Assembly (NCBI RefSeq): GCF_022045235.1 | Contig: NW_027266264.1 | Coordinates: 67,394,001-67,458,000 of the forward strand | Direction of reading: 5' to 3' | Source of the DNA: Haliotis cracherodii | Taxonomy: Eukaryota | DNA: 64,000 nucleotides | Shown: in pieces, positions 49,527 through 62,723 of the stretch | Layout: each line of letters starts with the position of its first letter | Numbering within the stretch: the first letter of the stretch is position 1 | Translations under genes and position numbers: made by a program | The notes under the pieces: generated by a model | Databases searched by the model: none | What the model was told of the DNA's origin: nothing | Seen by the model: the letters and a program-made list of their open reading frames with translations, nothing else

Positions 49527-50558
49527 AAATGTGTGATGAAAACCCGAGTGTGTGGATTAACGTTAACACGATTTCCAAGAATACAGTGAACGGTTGAGTT
49601 GGTTTTAGCGCCGATTTAAGAGGATTTCACGTTATATCGCAGCGTGTCAGCTTGACAAGCGGAACTCCAGGGGTGAAGCAGGTATAAGGGGTGTTATCTG
49701 CTTTGGGGAAACCAACCGCAAGAGCATGGTGCTGACAAACGTGGGAACAATCAGTGCGAATGCCCCGATGATGGACGCCTAAAGGACAAAACTAAGTTCT
49801 GCGACTTAGATGACTGGGCCACCGTGGTCCCCAGATAAAACCCGCAGAGACGGAAGTTGTGTACATGAATGCCGTGAACATGGGAACAATCGGAGCGAAT
49901 CTAATCTTCGAACCCACAACATAGCGGATCCTGCCGCAACTAAGGGACGCGATTCTGCAAAAGCGACAATGTGTTCTGAATATGGCTTTTAATCCTTGTT
50001 ATTGCTGACCTAGCCACATATAAATAACCTGTTACTTTGAACAAGCTGCATCCGAAACATTCAGATCGACTTCTTATGAAAATGTTTATCTATTTTTATC
50101 ATTATAGCCTATCACGATAAGCGTATTAATTCATGTATCCCTAATACGTCGTTTCAATATAAACGACTCAACAAAGAGATGTTTAGAACTTATGAGAGAC
50201 TCACTGGATTACCACGTAAATGAGAAACAAAGAGGGAGATAGTAAGACAGTAATTTATTTACTTATAAGAAGCGTACTGAACTATAAGTATGATTCTGAC
50301 ACATTGAAACATAAGCAAACGATGAAGGCAAAGACAAATCCTGCCAAAAGGACATAATTTTGCTTTACGTTTGTTTAAGATAAATCATTTTTACCAGGTG
50401 AAAATGCTTAATTTGTCAATTATGAGATAAAAGCCTGGGCCCACAAAAGCATAATTTATCGGAAATCTCCAGGCTTAGTGAAACCAATACAATTGTTGGC
50501 CCCCAAGTGTGAATACAATACTTACACATAAATACCATGATCCTTCCACTGTCTGTTC

Positions 50559-50724
50559 GGGGCGGTCGGGTAGCCTAGCTAGTGGTTAAAGCGTTCGCTT
50601 GACACGCCGAAGACCCGGGTTCGATTCCCGACATGGGTACAATGTGTGAAGCCCATTTCTGGTGTCCTCCGCCGTGATATTGCTGGAATATTGCTAAAAG
50701 CGGCGTAAAACCATACTCACTCAC
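50559..50724 (+). mobile_element. SINE family A, antisense in the probable 3'UTR of the GTPase-like gene
   Basis: Full-length copy lying between the stop codon (50930) and a candidate AATAAA (~50254). Confidence 0.85.
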
Positions 50725-50929
50725 TTATATATACTGACATTAATAATCCCATTTCCCTTTCAAGTACAATTTACATAGTTAAACAGTGTTCACAAATAAT
50801 TTAATTTACTTTCGAAACACTGAATGGCCAATTGTATATTGACCAGTGCCAGTTGTATACAATATGCTTTTACAACACTGATATTCCAATATTTCTTCCT
50901 AAAATAATGAAATCATTTTGTACATTTAA

Positions 50930-51526
50930 TCAATGTTTGGATGTCCCACCAGCCTTCGCAGCTTTCATCGAGGGGTCGTTCTTGTTGACTCTCCTCATTG
51001 TATGTTCCAGGACTCTGTTGATGTCGGAGCTATCCCTTGCTGATACCTCATAGTGGCCATGCTCCCATTCACAACTGATGGACAGATCCCTGTAGACCCG
51101 CACAGTCTTGTCCGTATCTTGCGCTATGTCAGTCTTGTTGGCCACAAATATGATAGGGATGCTGTCTCCCTTCTGTTTTATGATCTGTTCCCTGACTGCC
51201 GTGACAGACTTGAAGGAGTCCTCACAGACAAGGGAATACACCAGAAGGTAGGCGTCACAAGAAGGCAATCGTTGGATGAATGGAAAATGTCGTTTCACTG
51301 CTGTGTGTATAATTTCAACATTGAGGTCTCTACCTCTGATTCCTAAATCATCATCACGTTCACCTTTCCTTGTCTTCTTGCTTCTAATTTCCGACCACTT
51401 CCCCTGTAAGCCATCCATTAGCGTCTTCTTCCCCACTCCCTGATAACCCATGACGACCATTTTCAGGGAGCTTTTTTCTGGGCGTCGTGGCTCTTCCTTG
51501 AGAATTCTTTCTGTTTCAGGGTCCAT
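50930..51526 (-). CDS. Intronless Ras-superfamily small GTPase-like protein (Di-Ras/RASD/Rhes-like), degenerate motifs, 198 aa
   Basis: First in-frame ATG at 51526. G1 GYQGVGKKT, G3 position HTAV, DAYLLVYS, SF, G4 VANKTD, G5 EVSAR. TATAAA at ~51712-51717; AATAAA at ~50254-50259. Confidence 0.85.
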   Translation of the reverse strand: MDPETERILKEEPRRPEKSSLKMVVMGYQGVGKKTLMDGLQGKWSEIRSKKTRKGERDDDLGIRGRDLNVEIIHTAVKRHFPFIQRLPSCDAYLLVYSLVCEDSFKSVTAVREQIIKQKGDSIPIIFVANKTDIAQDTDKTVRVYRDLSISCEWEHGHYEVSARDSSDINRVLEHTMRRVNKNDPSMKAAKAGGTSKH

Positions 51527-52250
51527 ATCAGGATGGTCACATACACGAATGGAGAAAAGTTGTGTTCTCGTGGAGGCAGCCGTTATCAATGTGAGGAGTG
51601 ATCTGATAATGAAATATGTTGTGTTGAACCTGTGAGACGTACATTGAACAACCACTCCTGTTCCATAGCAACAGCAACGTTTGGTGTGATCAATAGGGAA
51701 AACGTGTTATATTTATAAGATTTTGTTCTCGTTTTAGCTGTGTGTAGACTTAGAAAAGAATAAAAAGTGCAACCATTTAAGATAAATTTTATTCCTTACG
51801 CCATTTTCGTTTTCCAAATATAATAGTATATCAAGGGACGTTAGTATTCGTGAGTAGTACTTTACATTAAAACTCTATGTTCTTTCCATTGTATATAGCT
51901 TGAAGTAGGAATATATACATAACAATGGTTCAATTGGCAACAAGGATGCATGTTCAATTTATTGTCTTTAATTATAATTGCTGCATTTCACTTGACTTGC
52001 ATGAAACTGAATCAAACATTCAACAGTTCCCGGTAAACAAGCATCATGTTTTACTTCTACGGTTTTATGGTCACTAGGTCACTACGATTTGGAACTTACC
52101 CCAATAAACTTATTCTGACACCCTCCACACATTACATGATTGAATTTTATTTTCTTACGCATTATGTTCAGTCCAGACTCCCTTATTTTCTTTCACAACT
52201 ACAGGATCTAAAGATACGTACATGTGTACAGGCACTTTCTTTAAGACGGT

Positions 52251-52530
52251 ACCCGTGAAGATTCCGGGTTAGAATAGGTCTTCAGCAGCCCATGCTTGCC
52301 GTAAAAGGTGACTCTGCTTGTCGTAAAAGGCGACTAACGGAATCGGGTGGTCAGGCTCGCTCACTTGGTTGATGCATGTCATCGATCCCAATTGCGTGGA
52401 TCGATGCTCATGATATTAATCACTGGATTGTCTGGTCCAGACTCGATTATTTACAGACCGCCGTCATATAGCTGGAATATTGCTGAGTGCGGCGTTAAAC
52501 AACAAACCAACCAACCAACCAACCAACCAA
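52251..52530 (+). mobile_element. SINE-like family B
   Basis: Longest copy; (AACC)n tail. Confidence 0.82.
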
Positions 52531-54301
52531 TCAATCAATTTGAAAACGAAAAATATTAATGTCTTAATGGTCCTTCAGTAATTTGAAAAAACTTACATAG
52601 CAAAGCCACATGTTTCTTGGTTAAGATTTAAACATTACATGGTCATGACAGCCATGCGTGTTCCATATTTACATGTTCTGACAGCGGTTGCAATTGGTCC
52701 TTGTGGAATGCAGAATGCCCCCAAAATTCTGTGTCGGAATTCCGTTTTGTGATTTCAGCACTTTTACTTGGACTTTTAGATACTTTCTATGAACATTATG
52801 ACCATAATCATACTTGTCTCTCGGGAATTGACTTAATATATCTAGGACAATTGATATTCGCAACAAAATCGCCATTATATTTTTCACTTTACTTGGCCTT
52901 TAACAGTCCGGTGAATGTACGGTGTACAGCTGTGATCAACAACTGAAACTGTGTCACACCGTCCACGCACAAGCGACTACATCTACTTCCTCCTGATTTA
53001 ATATCGATGACGACTTCTTCAATACAATAATATTTCAGTTGATCACCCATACTACCTTTTCATTAAATATTCACCGTGGGAATTGAGGGTGAGAGCGTTG
53101 CGATGTTTTGTGTCAAAGCAGAATACATATTTTTTTTCAAGACCTATAAAGGTTTTTTTCTGCACAGATAAGTCAAACATCGTGTTTTACCCTAAGCGCA
53201 TTTTTTCAAGTTTACTTCAAGCGACAAGTTACTTTCTTTTGTAATCTTCTTTTCTTTATTTTTTGGAACGAATTTATTTTAACACTCGAAATGATACCAG
53301 AAAATAGTCACCCCCTAAATCCTCTCTTTAGGCTTAAAATCTCCTGCTGTCAGTGGGAAACACTTCCACTTGCCTCAGTGCCCGGTTTCACTTCAATTCA
53401 ATTGTGAGTGTCATTAAAGTACACTCAGAGCGTTCCTACGTACCCCTACATTCTTCCAGTTTAACCAATCGCCCTTTTAATATTTTTATGCTGGGACGTC
53501 ACAACCATGACCGCCTAGAGGGAAGAAAACATCTTGAAACACATTCAACTTACTATATATATATATATATATGTGTATACATTTAATCTCTGAAATGACA
53601 ATATTTCAAGATTTATATTTGTAAAAAAAATAATTCATAAATAAAATGAAGGAGCTTAGAGAATCTGGATATTTGTGTTTGGGGGTCTTCTTGACAGACT
53701 GTGTTAATACAAAAACAAAATACACCAATACGATGTAATGGAGAAGTCATGAGAATCTGTTGATTCCACTTCTCCGACTTAAATCATGCCTCGGTTGACA
53801 TACAATTTCTCTATAAGTTTGCCTTATGACCTATAAATGCTTCAGGTTTACTTCTTCCAAACACACGTTCAAAATGTTCAGTGATTTCATTTCAAACCAG
53901 GAAATGAAAACCCTTCTTTTTAGGTCCTTGTTCACGTCATGTAAAACGAAACGCATTGCAATTGACCTCTGATAGTTACAGGCCGGGTTAAACGAGGTGT
54001 CATTAAGCGTAATTGTCATCATCACTGATACGTTCATGCAAACACAATTAATGTCGGTGTTGTGTACTTCTCTTCGTATGCTCGTACCCTATATTGGGAA
54101 ATATTGCTTCAAATTACATTTCAGTTATTTGCGAGTCCTTGGTTTTGTTGTGAAGACAGGATTATATATTTTATCATCAACGTGATATGGCAGAAATTAT
54201 CATGCACTGAGTCATCCAATGAATTAATGCGTAAAACGTATCGCTGGTTTCAATTATTCTTCAGTTGCGTTGATAATTGTACACTGTTTCCATATGCCTA
54301 A

Positions 54302-54472
54302 GGGGCGGTCGGGTAGCCCAGTGGTTAAAGCGTTAGCTCAGCACGCCGAAGACCCGGGTTCGATCCCCGACATGGGTACAATGTGTGAAGCCCATTTCTG
54401 GTGTCCCCCGCCGTGATATTGCTGAAATATTGCTAAAAGCGGTGTAAAACCTCACTCACTCACTCACTCACT
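54302..54472 (+). mobile_element. SINE family A
   Basis: TSD ccatatgccta. Confidence 0.88.
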
Positions 54473-54638
54473 CCATATGCCTACACGTACACATACACAT
54501 GTAATTTCAAATTAAACGTTTGGTATCGGATGAAATTATATCGTGAATTCACGATATTTCTCACATTCTATATTTTCACATAACTGTCGCGATAAAGACC
54601 AATCAGAATGCAACTTAGTAACTTGTAAATAACATATA

Positions 54639-56117
54639 TACTGAACAACAAAAGTTCCTGTGACATTGAATAAGATTTAATACAAAGTTTTGTTTTTTAC
54701 CAAATCTGAAAAAAATTCGGTAAGCAACAGATAAAAGACTCCTGTAAGTGTTCAAATGGTTTAATTTGCAATACTGACTTCAGAAAATGCGTAATTTCAT
54801 AAAAAAAACACATTAACATGCCAAAATGTCAATTTACAAATCAATAGCGTGTGTGTCCACCTCTGGTTGCGATGCAAGCAACACATCTTTGTCTCATGGA
54901 ATGGACCAGGCGTCGCACAAAGTCCTGTGGGATATCTGTCCATATCTGCTGGAGCATGTTTCGAAGTTCCCGGAGTGTCTGTGGAACACGTGGTTGACGT
55001 CGAAGGAGCCGATCCATCTCATCCCACATGTGATCGATTTGTGAGAGATCAGGGGAGCGACCCGGTCAGGGGATGACATTCACGTTGTTTTGTTGAAGAG
55101 ATTCCTGAACAAGTCGAGCAATATGAGACCGGGCGTTGTCATGTTGAAAGGTAATGCCTGGGCCATGACGACGCACAAACGGTAGAACAACAGGGCCGAT
55201 GATCTCGTCGCGGTAGCGCTGTCCATTGAGGTTTCTCTCTACCACTATCAAACGGGTCCTTTGTCTTGCTGTAATCCGACCCCATACCATAACGCTGCCG
55301 CCCCCAAACCGATCTTCTTCCATGACACAATGATTGACGTAACGTTCACCTCGACGTCGGTACACTCGAATCCGCCCATCGCTGTGGCTGAGGTGAAAAC
55401 GAGACTCGTCAGTGAAAAGAACGTGTCCCCACTGTATGACCGTCCTGCGTAGACGCTGTCTGCACGACTGTAGACGTGCTTGACGGTGGTTTCCTGTCAA
55501 AATGGGACGTCTGGCGGGTCTTCTGGCGACAATCCCTGCACATCTGAGGCGACGACGTACGGTCTGTGAAGATATTCATCGTGGATGCGTCTTGCAGTCA
55601 CTGTTGCTGGCTGGAATCAATTTCGTAGGTGTGTTGTTCGAATCCAGTTGTTTTGTCGATTATTGGTTACACGTGGCCTGCCACTCCGAGGATGGTCTCT
55701 GACTGCATTTGTCTGTTGCCAACGTTGCCATAAACACCAAATGGTGTTTCTGTGGACGTTAAATTGTCTTTCAACATCACGTTGACTCGACCCTGCTTCA
55801 AGCGTACCAATGGCTCGCAGACGCTCATTTTCTGACAGGCGTGGCATTTCGTAATGTTGAATAATTGCGTAATTTTGTTGCTTTTCTGAGTGGTTGTTGT
55901 CAGCACGAATCTAAATAATGCATATTGAATACCGTTAATGCACATGTTTTATACCCATTCTTGGGTAGTAAAATGCATGGGGCTTGCATGCTGTTCTGTA
56001 GCAGTTGCGTTTTTGTGACTTGATTCCATACATGTACTACAATATCGAAAACCATCCTTTACTTGTTTGAAAAATACACTAAAATATTGGTGTCACTGGA
56101 ACTTTTGTTTTTGAGTA
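54639..56117 (-). mobile_element. Near full-length Tc1-family DNA transposon, transposase inactivated
   Basis: ~27-bp TIRs (TACTGAACAACAAAAGTTCCTGTGACA and its inverse) with TA flanks. Transposase 54841-55847: MPRLSENERLRAIG..., VLFTDESRF, FQHDNARSH, SPDLSQIDHMWDEM, RGGHTRY. Two in-frame TGA and one frameshift. Confidence 0.93.
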
Positions 56118-57494
56118 TATATACATTACGCATTATAAATAGTCTCACGCACAAAAATAGCATTATTGATAACAAGACATTAAGTAAAGCATAATTACTT
56201 TGTTGTATCATACATTATATACATTGATGATTTATTCCTAATCATAGGCAACAAACACTCGCTGTCATAACTTATAGTTTTACAATGGTTTTAAGTGTTT
56301 TGTTTTACCAAGCAGCCTATACTTGTCTTCGGGGATCGGGTGTTCAGGCTCGGTGACTTGTTTTTTTTGTAGCGTGAACGTTGTTCAAAACATCGTTGAA
56401 ACTGTCTTGTCTAGTCTTGATTACCAAAGGTCGCCATGGTACAGCTAGGATATTGTTCAGTGCTCTGGTAAATAACAAATATAAAAATGTAAATGCAAGA
56501 GAAAAAACAGCCGAAACAGATTCCATTTGGCGTAAAGGGCAAAAGGGCTGTGAAAATTATATGAATGGATCACTGAAAATCAAGGATGACACCAGGTGTT
56601 CACGAAAATGATAACAAACAAGAAATATTTGTATGATCAAGAAAACTTTTATAAATAATTCTCTAATGGTATTCATTTATGTACAGCCTATGAAATGCAT
56701 CGTTTATATCCGCCTGGACCTCCTGCTCTACTGGAGCTACACCCTTTGTTTGTCGGGTATGTGTCACTTAAATGCTGACTCAAAAATACTTCCTTGTTTC
56801 CTAGTCTGGATGACAGCTTGTCAGATGTATTTGTGTTAGATATTCAAATCAGTCAGATGTAAGGTTTTCTGTATTTAAGCACACCATTAAACTTATTGAC
56901 GTTTTGCTATTATATCTGCACCTGCATCCCTATATTGTTTTCACCACTGATGGTATTAGTGAATATACTCAAGACAAAGGTAACTGTGATCATGTATTGA
57001 TAACTGAACATTGTTAATCATTCTGGAGATGGTAACTGTATATATCTTTATAGATTTGTTAATAGTTTTTCTGTGTACAAAACAAACGCTTATCAAGACA
57101 TACCAGGGACGCTGAGGTAGAAAAAAGAGTTACAACTCAAATGATCTTTCGCTCACAACGGCTGTATTCTTATGAAGAACTAAAGTATCCATACGTTTCA
57201 CCAGACGGAATTTAAAGGTTTCAAGGTTAATTTTATTAATTTTATTAATCTATACTACGAACATTTGGTTCATGCAACAATCCACGACCATCGGATCCTG
57301 GCATGACCAAGGGACGCCACTCTGTACATGATAACATGATTAATAATGTTACATGAACATGTGTGTTTAGAAAAACTTAAACTTAGTCATTAAATGACTG
57401 TGTGACAGGGAGGTACTTCACACAAGAATGCGTGAAGATGTCACGCATATAGTTTGGATAGAAACAAAAAACTGTTAATAAACCGAAGCTGCAA

Positions 57495-57834
57495 GAGGTG
57501 AGGTGAGGTGAAATGGGGTTTAACCTCGCGTCCAAGATTATTGCACTTATATAGCGACGTGCATGTACGTATGTTTGTGTGTGTGTGGCTGTTTGTACTA
57601 GTCCGGACTGATGCCGATTTATGGTGCTAGCTCACTGAGATACCTTGCCGCAGTTTAACATGCATATCTCACTCAGACACAGTACACTGACTCCGAGCCT
57701 ACCAGTCCTTGTTTTAGCCCCTTAATGCCGAGCGCCAGACAGGGTAACAACAAGTACAATCTTTTAACGTCTTTTTGTATGACGCGGCCCGGGATCGAAC
57801 CCCGGACCTTCCGCTCTCCGGGCGGACGCTCTAC
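57495..57834 (-). mobile_element. V-SINE-like element (family C), slightly truncated at the 5' end
   Basis: Matches 47434-47798. Confidence 0.78.
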
Positions 57835-57839
57835 CAGTG

Positions 57840-58310
57840 ATGTCAAGGCTGTAATAACACGTGAAGTAGACGATACCGGTTAACGTGTAACCGATGGGCG
57901 GGGTCTTGTCGGGGTGGTTGTAGGTGACGCTATTCAGGAAGTACCTGTAATAATACAGATAACAAACGCTGCAGCTGTACCGATGGTGATGACTGCAGAT
58001 ATAGCAAGGGTTACTATGGCAACAACTGCTATGTCACCTGTTGTGACAGTTTGTGTGAAGATGACGGCATGTATCCAAGTGGATGTATTCCTGGATGGTG
58101 TGGTGGCAGGTGTGTTAACCCGTAGTCACGCTGTCTCAATAGTTAGTGCGATATGAAGAACGGGACATGTATAACTTGGCAGTGTGAATGGTTTCCATGG
58201 TGACTGGTGTTAACATATGTGTGGCACAAACTGTAACGACGGTATGTGTAACCAAATCACTGGGGAATGTGATAGAAGATGTGTGTCGGGATGGTATGAT
58301 CAAAGTTTGA
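57840..58310 (+). pseudogene. Decayed EGF-like-repeat (MEGF-type) exon
   Basis: Translates as GCNNT*SRRYRLTCNRWAGSCRGGCR*RYSGSTC...KGYYGNNC...GCIPGWCGGRC...CNQITGEC. Several in-frame stops, one frameshift, and a SINE abutting the 5' side. Confidence 0.75.
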
Positions 58311-59229
58311 TCAGAATATGCTAATTTGAGAGAGATTTGTCTTTAAACAGATTTGGGCGGTTATCAATCATAATCTAGATGGCACTAAAAACAGATATGA
58401 GCAATCGTGAGTTTTCACATGTATACATACATAGTATTCCCCGTGCCCAGACACGCCCAGATACGGCGAACCTTAAATGTACCCTCAATGGCAGACTTGA
58501 TGGAGTCAGCGGGGTGTGTGTGTGTGGGGGAGAGGGGGGGGGGGGGGGGGGGGGGGGATAGGATGACATGCATGCCTGACCATTCGATCCCGTTTGTCGC
58601 CTCTCACGACAGTCACAGTCACCTATGGGTTGTTGTAGACCAATTCCAACCTGGATCCCAGCAATGTACATTAATTATTTGTATTATCATATTCAAACTA
58701 ATTGTCACATTAATCCGTCAAATGAAGCGTACAGGTTGTCACACGGGTGGCATCCGCTACTCGCACCATTTGCATAAAAGGTACTCCTGACATGTTAACA
58801 AGCCAGACAACCAGACAACCAGACACTCAATTATAAAGAGTTAAACCATGCGTCATCAGGGTGTAGCTGTAAACGTGTTGTAGAAGGAAGGAGAAAGAGA
58901 AAGAGATAGAGTTGGGGGTAGGAACGCGGAAATCGAAAGTGTGATTCATTCAGGTGACTGCTGTGTCAGTAGTGAGGTGGTATGGAGTGTATTATTACTG
59001 TTTTGTATTCTTTGGGTGGGGGGTGAACAGGGAAATCGAATTTCCAAATTTCTCACATTTGTTCCCTATTGTTCTTGTTTTTTTATATCCATATGTATTT
59101 GGTAATTCTTAACTTATTTATAAGCGTAATATATTCATGATATTCGTTGATATCTTTTATATATGTCAACAACATAGTTTTTTAAGTTTGCAGAATCTAT
59201 CAAAATCAGATAGCTTCGTAACACTTCAC

Positions 59230-59800
59230 TGACATTGTTGAGCAGGCTGCTACACGGGCTACAAAACAGCTGAGGGTCAGTGTGCATCATGTGCCCACCC
59301 GCTGATATTGCTTTCCCAGCCTGATGACTCATACAACAGTTCATGTGCGGAAGAGTGTTCAGACGGCAAGTGGGGGCATGGTTGTAATAATACCTGCAGC
59401 ATTGGGTGCACGTCTACGTGTGGCATGTGGACTGGGGCATTTCATGGTGGATGTAGACTCTGCTACAGGGGCGGTACATGTAATCTGAGGTATACAAAGT
59501 ATATCTGTGCTCAACCTGGTGTTTGTGAGTGTAAAGAGGGGTATTAAGGTATAGCCTGTCACTCCCGTTGTCGAGGTGATGACTATAACGACGGAAGTGT
59601 ATGTACAAGGGCATGTAAAGAAGGCTGGGAGGGAATACAGTGTAAATATCTGGAATCGTCCGCCACACTGTGTCAGGTGTGATAGAGCTGCTGCTAGATG
59701 TCTGGAGCAGCAGGTGTTCCTCCAAGCGCAGAAGCTATGACAGAACAGGATGATGTCTTACCTGTCCAGAAGGCTGGGAGGGGGACAACTGTCATTTCTC
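59230..59800 (+). pseudogene. Decayed paralogue of the EGF-repeat exon at 63715+
   Basis: DSYNSSCAEECSDGKWGHGCNNTCSIGCTSTCGMWTG...GGC aligns with DSYNSSCLEECPDGKWGLDCNTNCGIGCTSACRRWTG...GGC at ~63790. In-frame TAA at 59545-59547 and further lesions. Confidence 0.75.
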
Positions 59801-61173
59801 AGCTCACTTGACAGAACGTGCAGTACATTAATCTCACGGTTCACATACTTCCCATCAATGATCACATCCTAATCTGTTCAAGAGGTTCAAAACCGATTTT
59901 CAACATGGTCACTGCAGCCATATTGAAAAATCTATTTGCCCATTAAGCGAACCATTTATACAGTTCCACGTGTCTACTAGTGGCGATTAACATATATTTT
60001 TCGGGTTTTATTATGCGATATTATAAACATTGACCTGGATTCGACCCTTGTACTTCAACTATACTGAAAACTAAAACTTATCATTGCCATTATTCAGCAA
60101 TTTTACTTCAAAATGTCTTGGAATTTGGTACTTGTATAGGTAGTAGTAGGGCCCAACACAAATGTTGCGTTCTTTTTGCGATATATATAAAGGTTTAATC
60201 TATATTTGACCTTTGCACTTTGACCATGCTCTCTCACTGTAAACATCATCTCCATAGAAAGTACTGAATCAAAGCTGAAGCTGAAACTTTACATATCTGT
60301 TAACACTAATGACGACACCAGGTTCAAATCCGATTTTCAATATCGCCTCAGCGGTGGCTATACGGAACAAGCATGTTATGTGCTTTATAAACAATCATAA
60401 TGAAATTTTTAACATTTGTAGTTGGTAGTGGGGCTCAGAATATACTCTCCACAAAAAGTAGGATTCATGAAATATTAATGACTTCCGGAGATAGAACGGC
60501 CTCGGAACCAAAACCTAACGCCCCAACACACCCGAATTAGGCAATATGTTCAAGGTTTCTCGGTTTGTGATGTTCAGTTTTCTGCAGACTGCAGACTCAA
60601 AGTGTTGATAATCGGCCCCGCACACGACACTCGAGGTCAACAACCCAAGTCAACGATCGAAAAATCAAGAAATAGAACCCATACAGCCAGTACAATCGCT
60701 GTGCACCTGTCAGATGTAATATGGGGCGGGATCAAACGATGGGCAGAACACCACTGCATATTTATCTATTTCTTATCCATCTTAACCTTTCAGGTTGTCC
60801 ATCGTAAATTTTTTTGAAAGCCTTTACAAGGCCTTCAATGCGTTTAATCAAGAGTCGCATTTTGTAGTCTTCGTAGAAAGAGCCAAGGCATATGATTATG
60901 TTTTTAGGTTTGTCAGTGACATACTGTCCTCGTGATAACTTCTTAGACCCTGCATCATCTCGGGATTCCTCCCAAATCAAGCTGACAAACTCACTCATTC
61001 ACGCAATCAATCATTTTAGGGACCTCTGTTCGTTGAATTATGCTGTATTTAATATCTAGTTGACCAGAATGAATGCAAGCTCATCAAATAAATAGTACTA
61101 CTTTGCGCTTCTCAAACATGTAATTTCTTTGTTAGTTTTATCTTGTTCATACGTATTGTTGTATTCAGGTCTA

Positions 61174-61333
61174 GGGGCGGCCGGGTAGCCAAGTGGTTAA
61201 AGCGTTCACTCGTCACACCGAAGACCAATTATGTGTCGTACACGTACAACGTGTGAAGCCCAATTCTGGTGTCCCACGCTGTGAAAATTGCTGGAATATT
61301 GCTAAAAGCGGTGTAAAACCAAACTCACTCACT
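61174..61333 (+). mobile_element. SINE family A (diverged)
   Basis: Head, core and ACTC tail recognisable. Confidence 0.75.
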
Positions 61334-62723
61334 TACTGTTCAGGTGAAATCTACAAGCTTATTTGTACCAGGTGAAATAACTGAAAACACCTCACCAAGA
61401 GCTTCAAAATCAATTCATCAGTAATTCGTAGTTATTCTTATTTAGTAGGTTAATCTCTAAGCAGTCAGTCACGCGCACGCTATTAATCGTTTAGATTAAC
61501 AAACGGCTAAATTATCTAGTCCTTCTAAAAAATCTATCTTTTTAATGATTGTATTTGTTTGATTTTTGTTTTGTTGCTTTTGTTAATAATTGTATTGGTG
61601 CCAAAATCAATCAATTTGTGTGGATTCGTAAGCTAATTATTTTTTAATATGAAGACACTTAGACAAAAACTAAATACAAATGTTGTATCTAACAGTATTG
61701 TACGTTAATCGTTTTGTTTTGAATGCACTAGAACATACATATGGCGTGGGATATTGTTCATAATGTCATCCACTGGTTCATAAGTCTGTTAAGAATCGAT
61801 AAGTTGCAAGCCGCTGTGATGTAGCTGGAATGTCGCTGACTGGGCCGTAAAAGACCAGACAAACAAACAAAATGTTCATATTTGTGATCCTAACACAAAC
61901 GCAAAAGATGCGAAGTAAAAAAATCCAAGGTTCCGTTGAGTAATGTTGACGAGTCCTTCGTTGGTAAATTTTTGACATTTCGCGAGACACCTGTTTAACT
62001 GGAATGCGAGCATTCACGTGAGTACACACAAGTGAAAGTAGAAATGTTTCCTAACGCTCGCAAGCTTGAATATTTCACTGAGATCTGACCACAACTGTCC
62101 ATGTTGCCCTTGTCAAATACCTCAGACTAAATTCAACTTATTCCCTCTACGTATCGGTGTTTCAGTTTGATATGAACTATCTCTTCTTTCTGAACAACCT
62201 AGACTGAATTACACACACAAACAATCCGTCGGAAAGAGTCTCGACACCAACTGTGATCCCTTTTATGTGTTACATTAGACTGAGGTAATATTATCAATTG
62301 TTAGAAAAACATAAAGAAAAATTGTAAAGAAAATGTAAAGAAAAGCAAACAGTTAATGTGTTATAGCTTCTAATACTGCAGTAGGAAACTTATGGATAGT
62401 ATGGACCCCGACTGTTTATACAGACCTTTAACATGCGAGATGTATTCTTTTGATATTGTTTATTACGAAGCATTGACGATCCATCAAGTTGTATGGCGAT
62501 AAAAAGTTTGGGTAAACCCATCATATTTCCGGGTACAGAGGTGGTTCTATTGTCGAATCTAAGTGAACAGGGACAAAGAATTATGAATCATCCTGACGGC
62601 TGTGTTGCAGTGTGATGTACACACCATGAGGGAAGGCTGTTTCTAAACCAACATAATCACAGTCACGACTTAATTCACAAGAGAGGCAGAGAGGCAACTT
62701 GTGATTTCAAAAGGAGAAGAAAC

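Noticed and set aside
51527-51655. 43-aa N-terminal extension of the GTPase ORF
   Set aside because: It starts at GTG (a prokaryotic-style call); the first ATG is at 51526.
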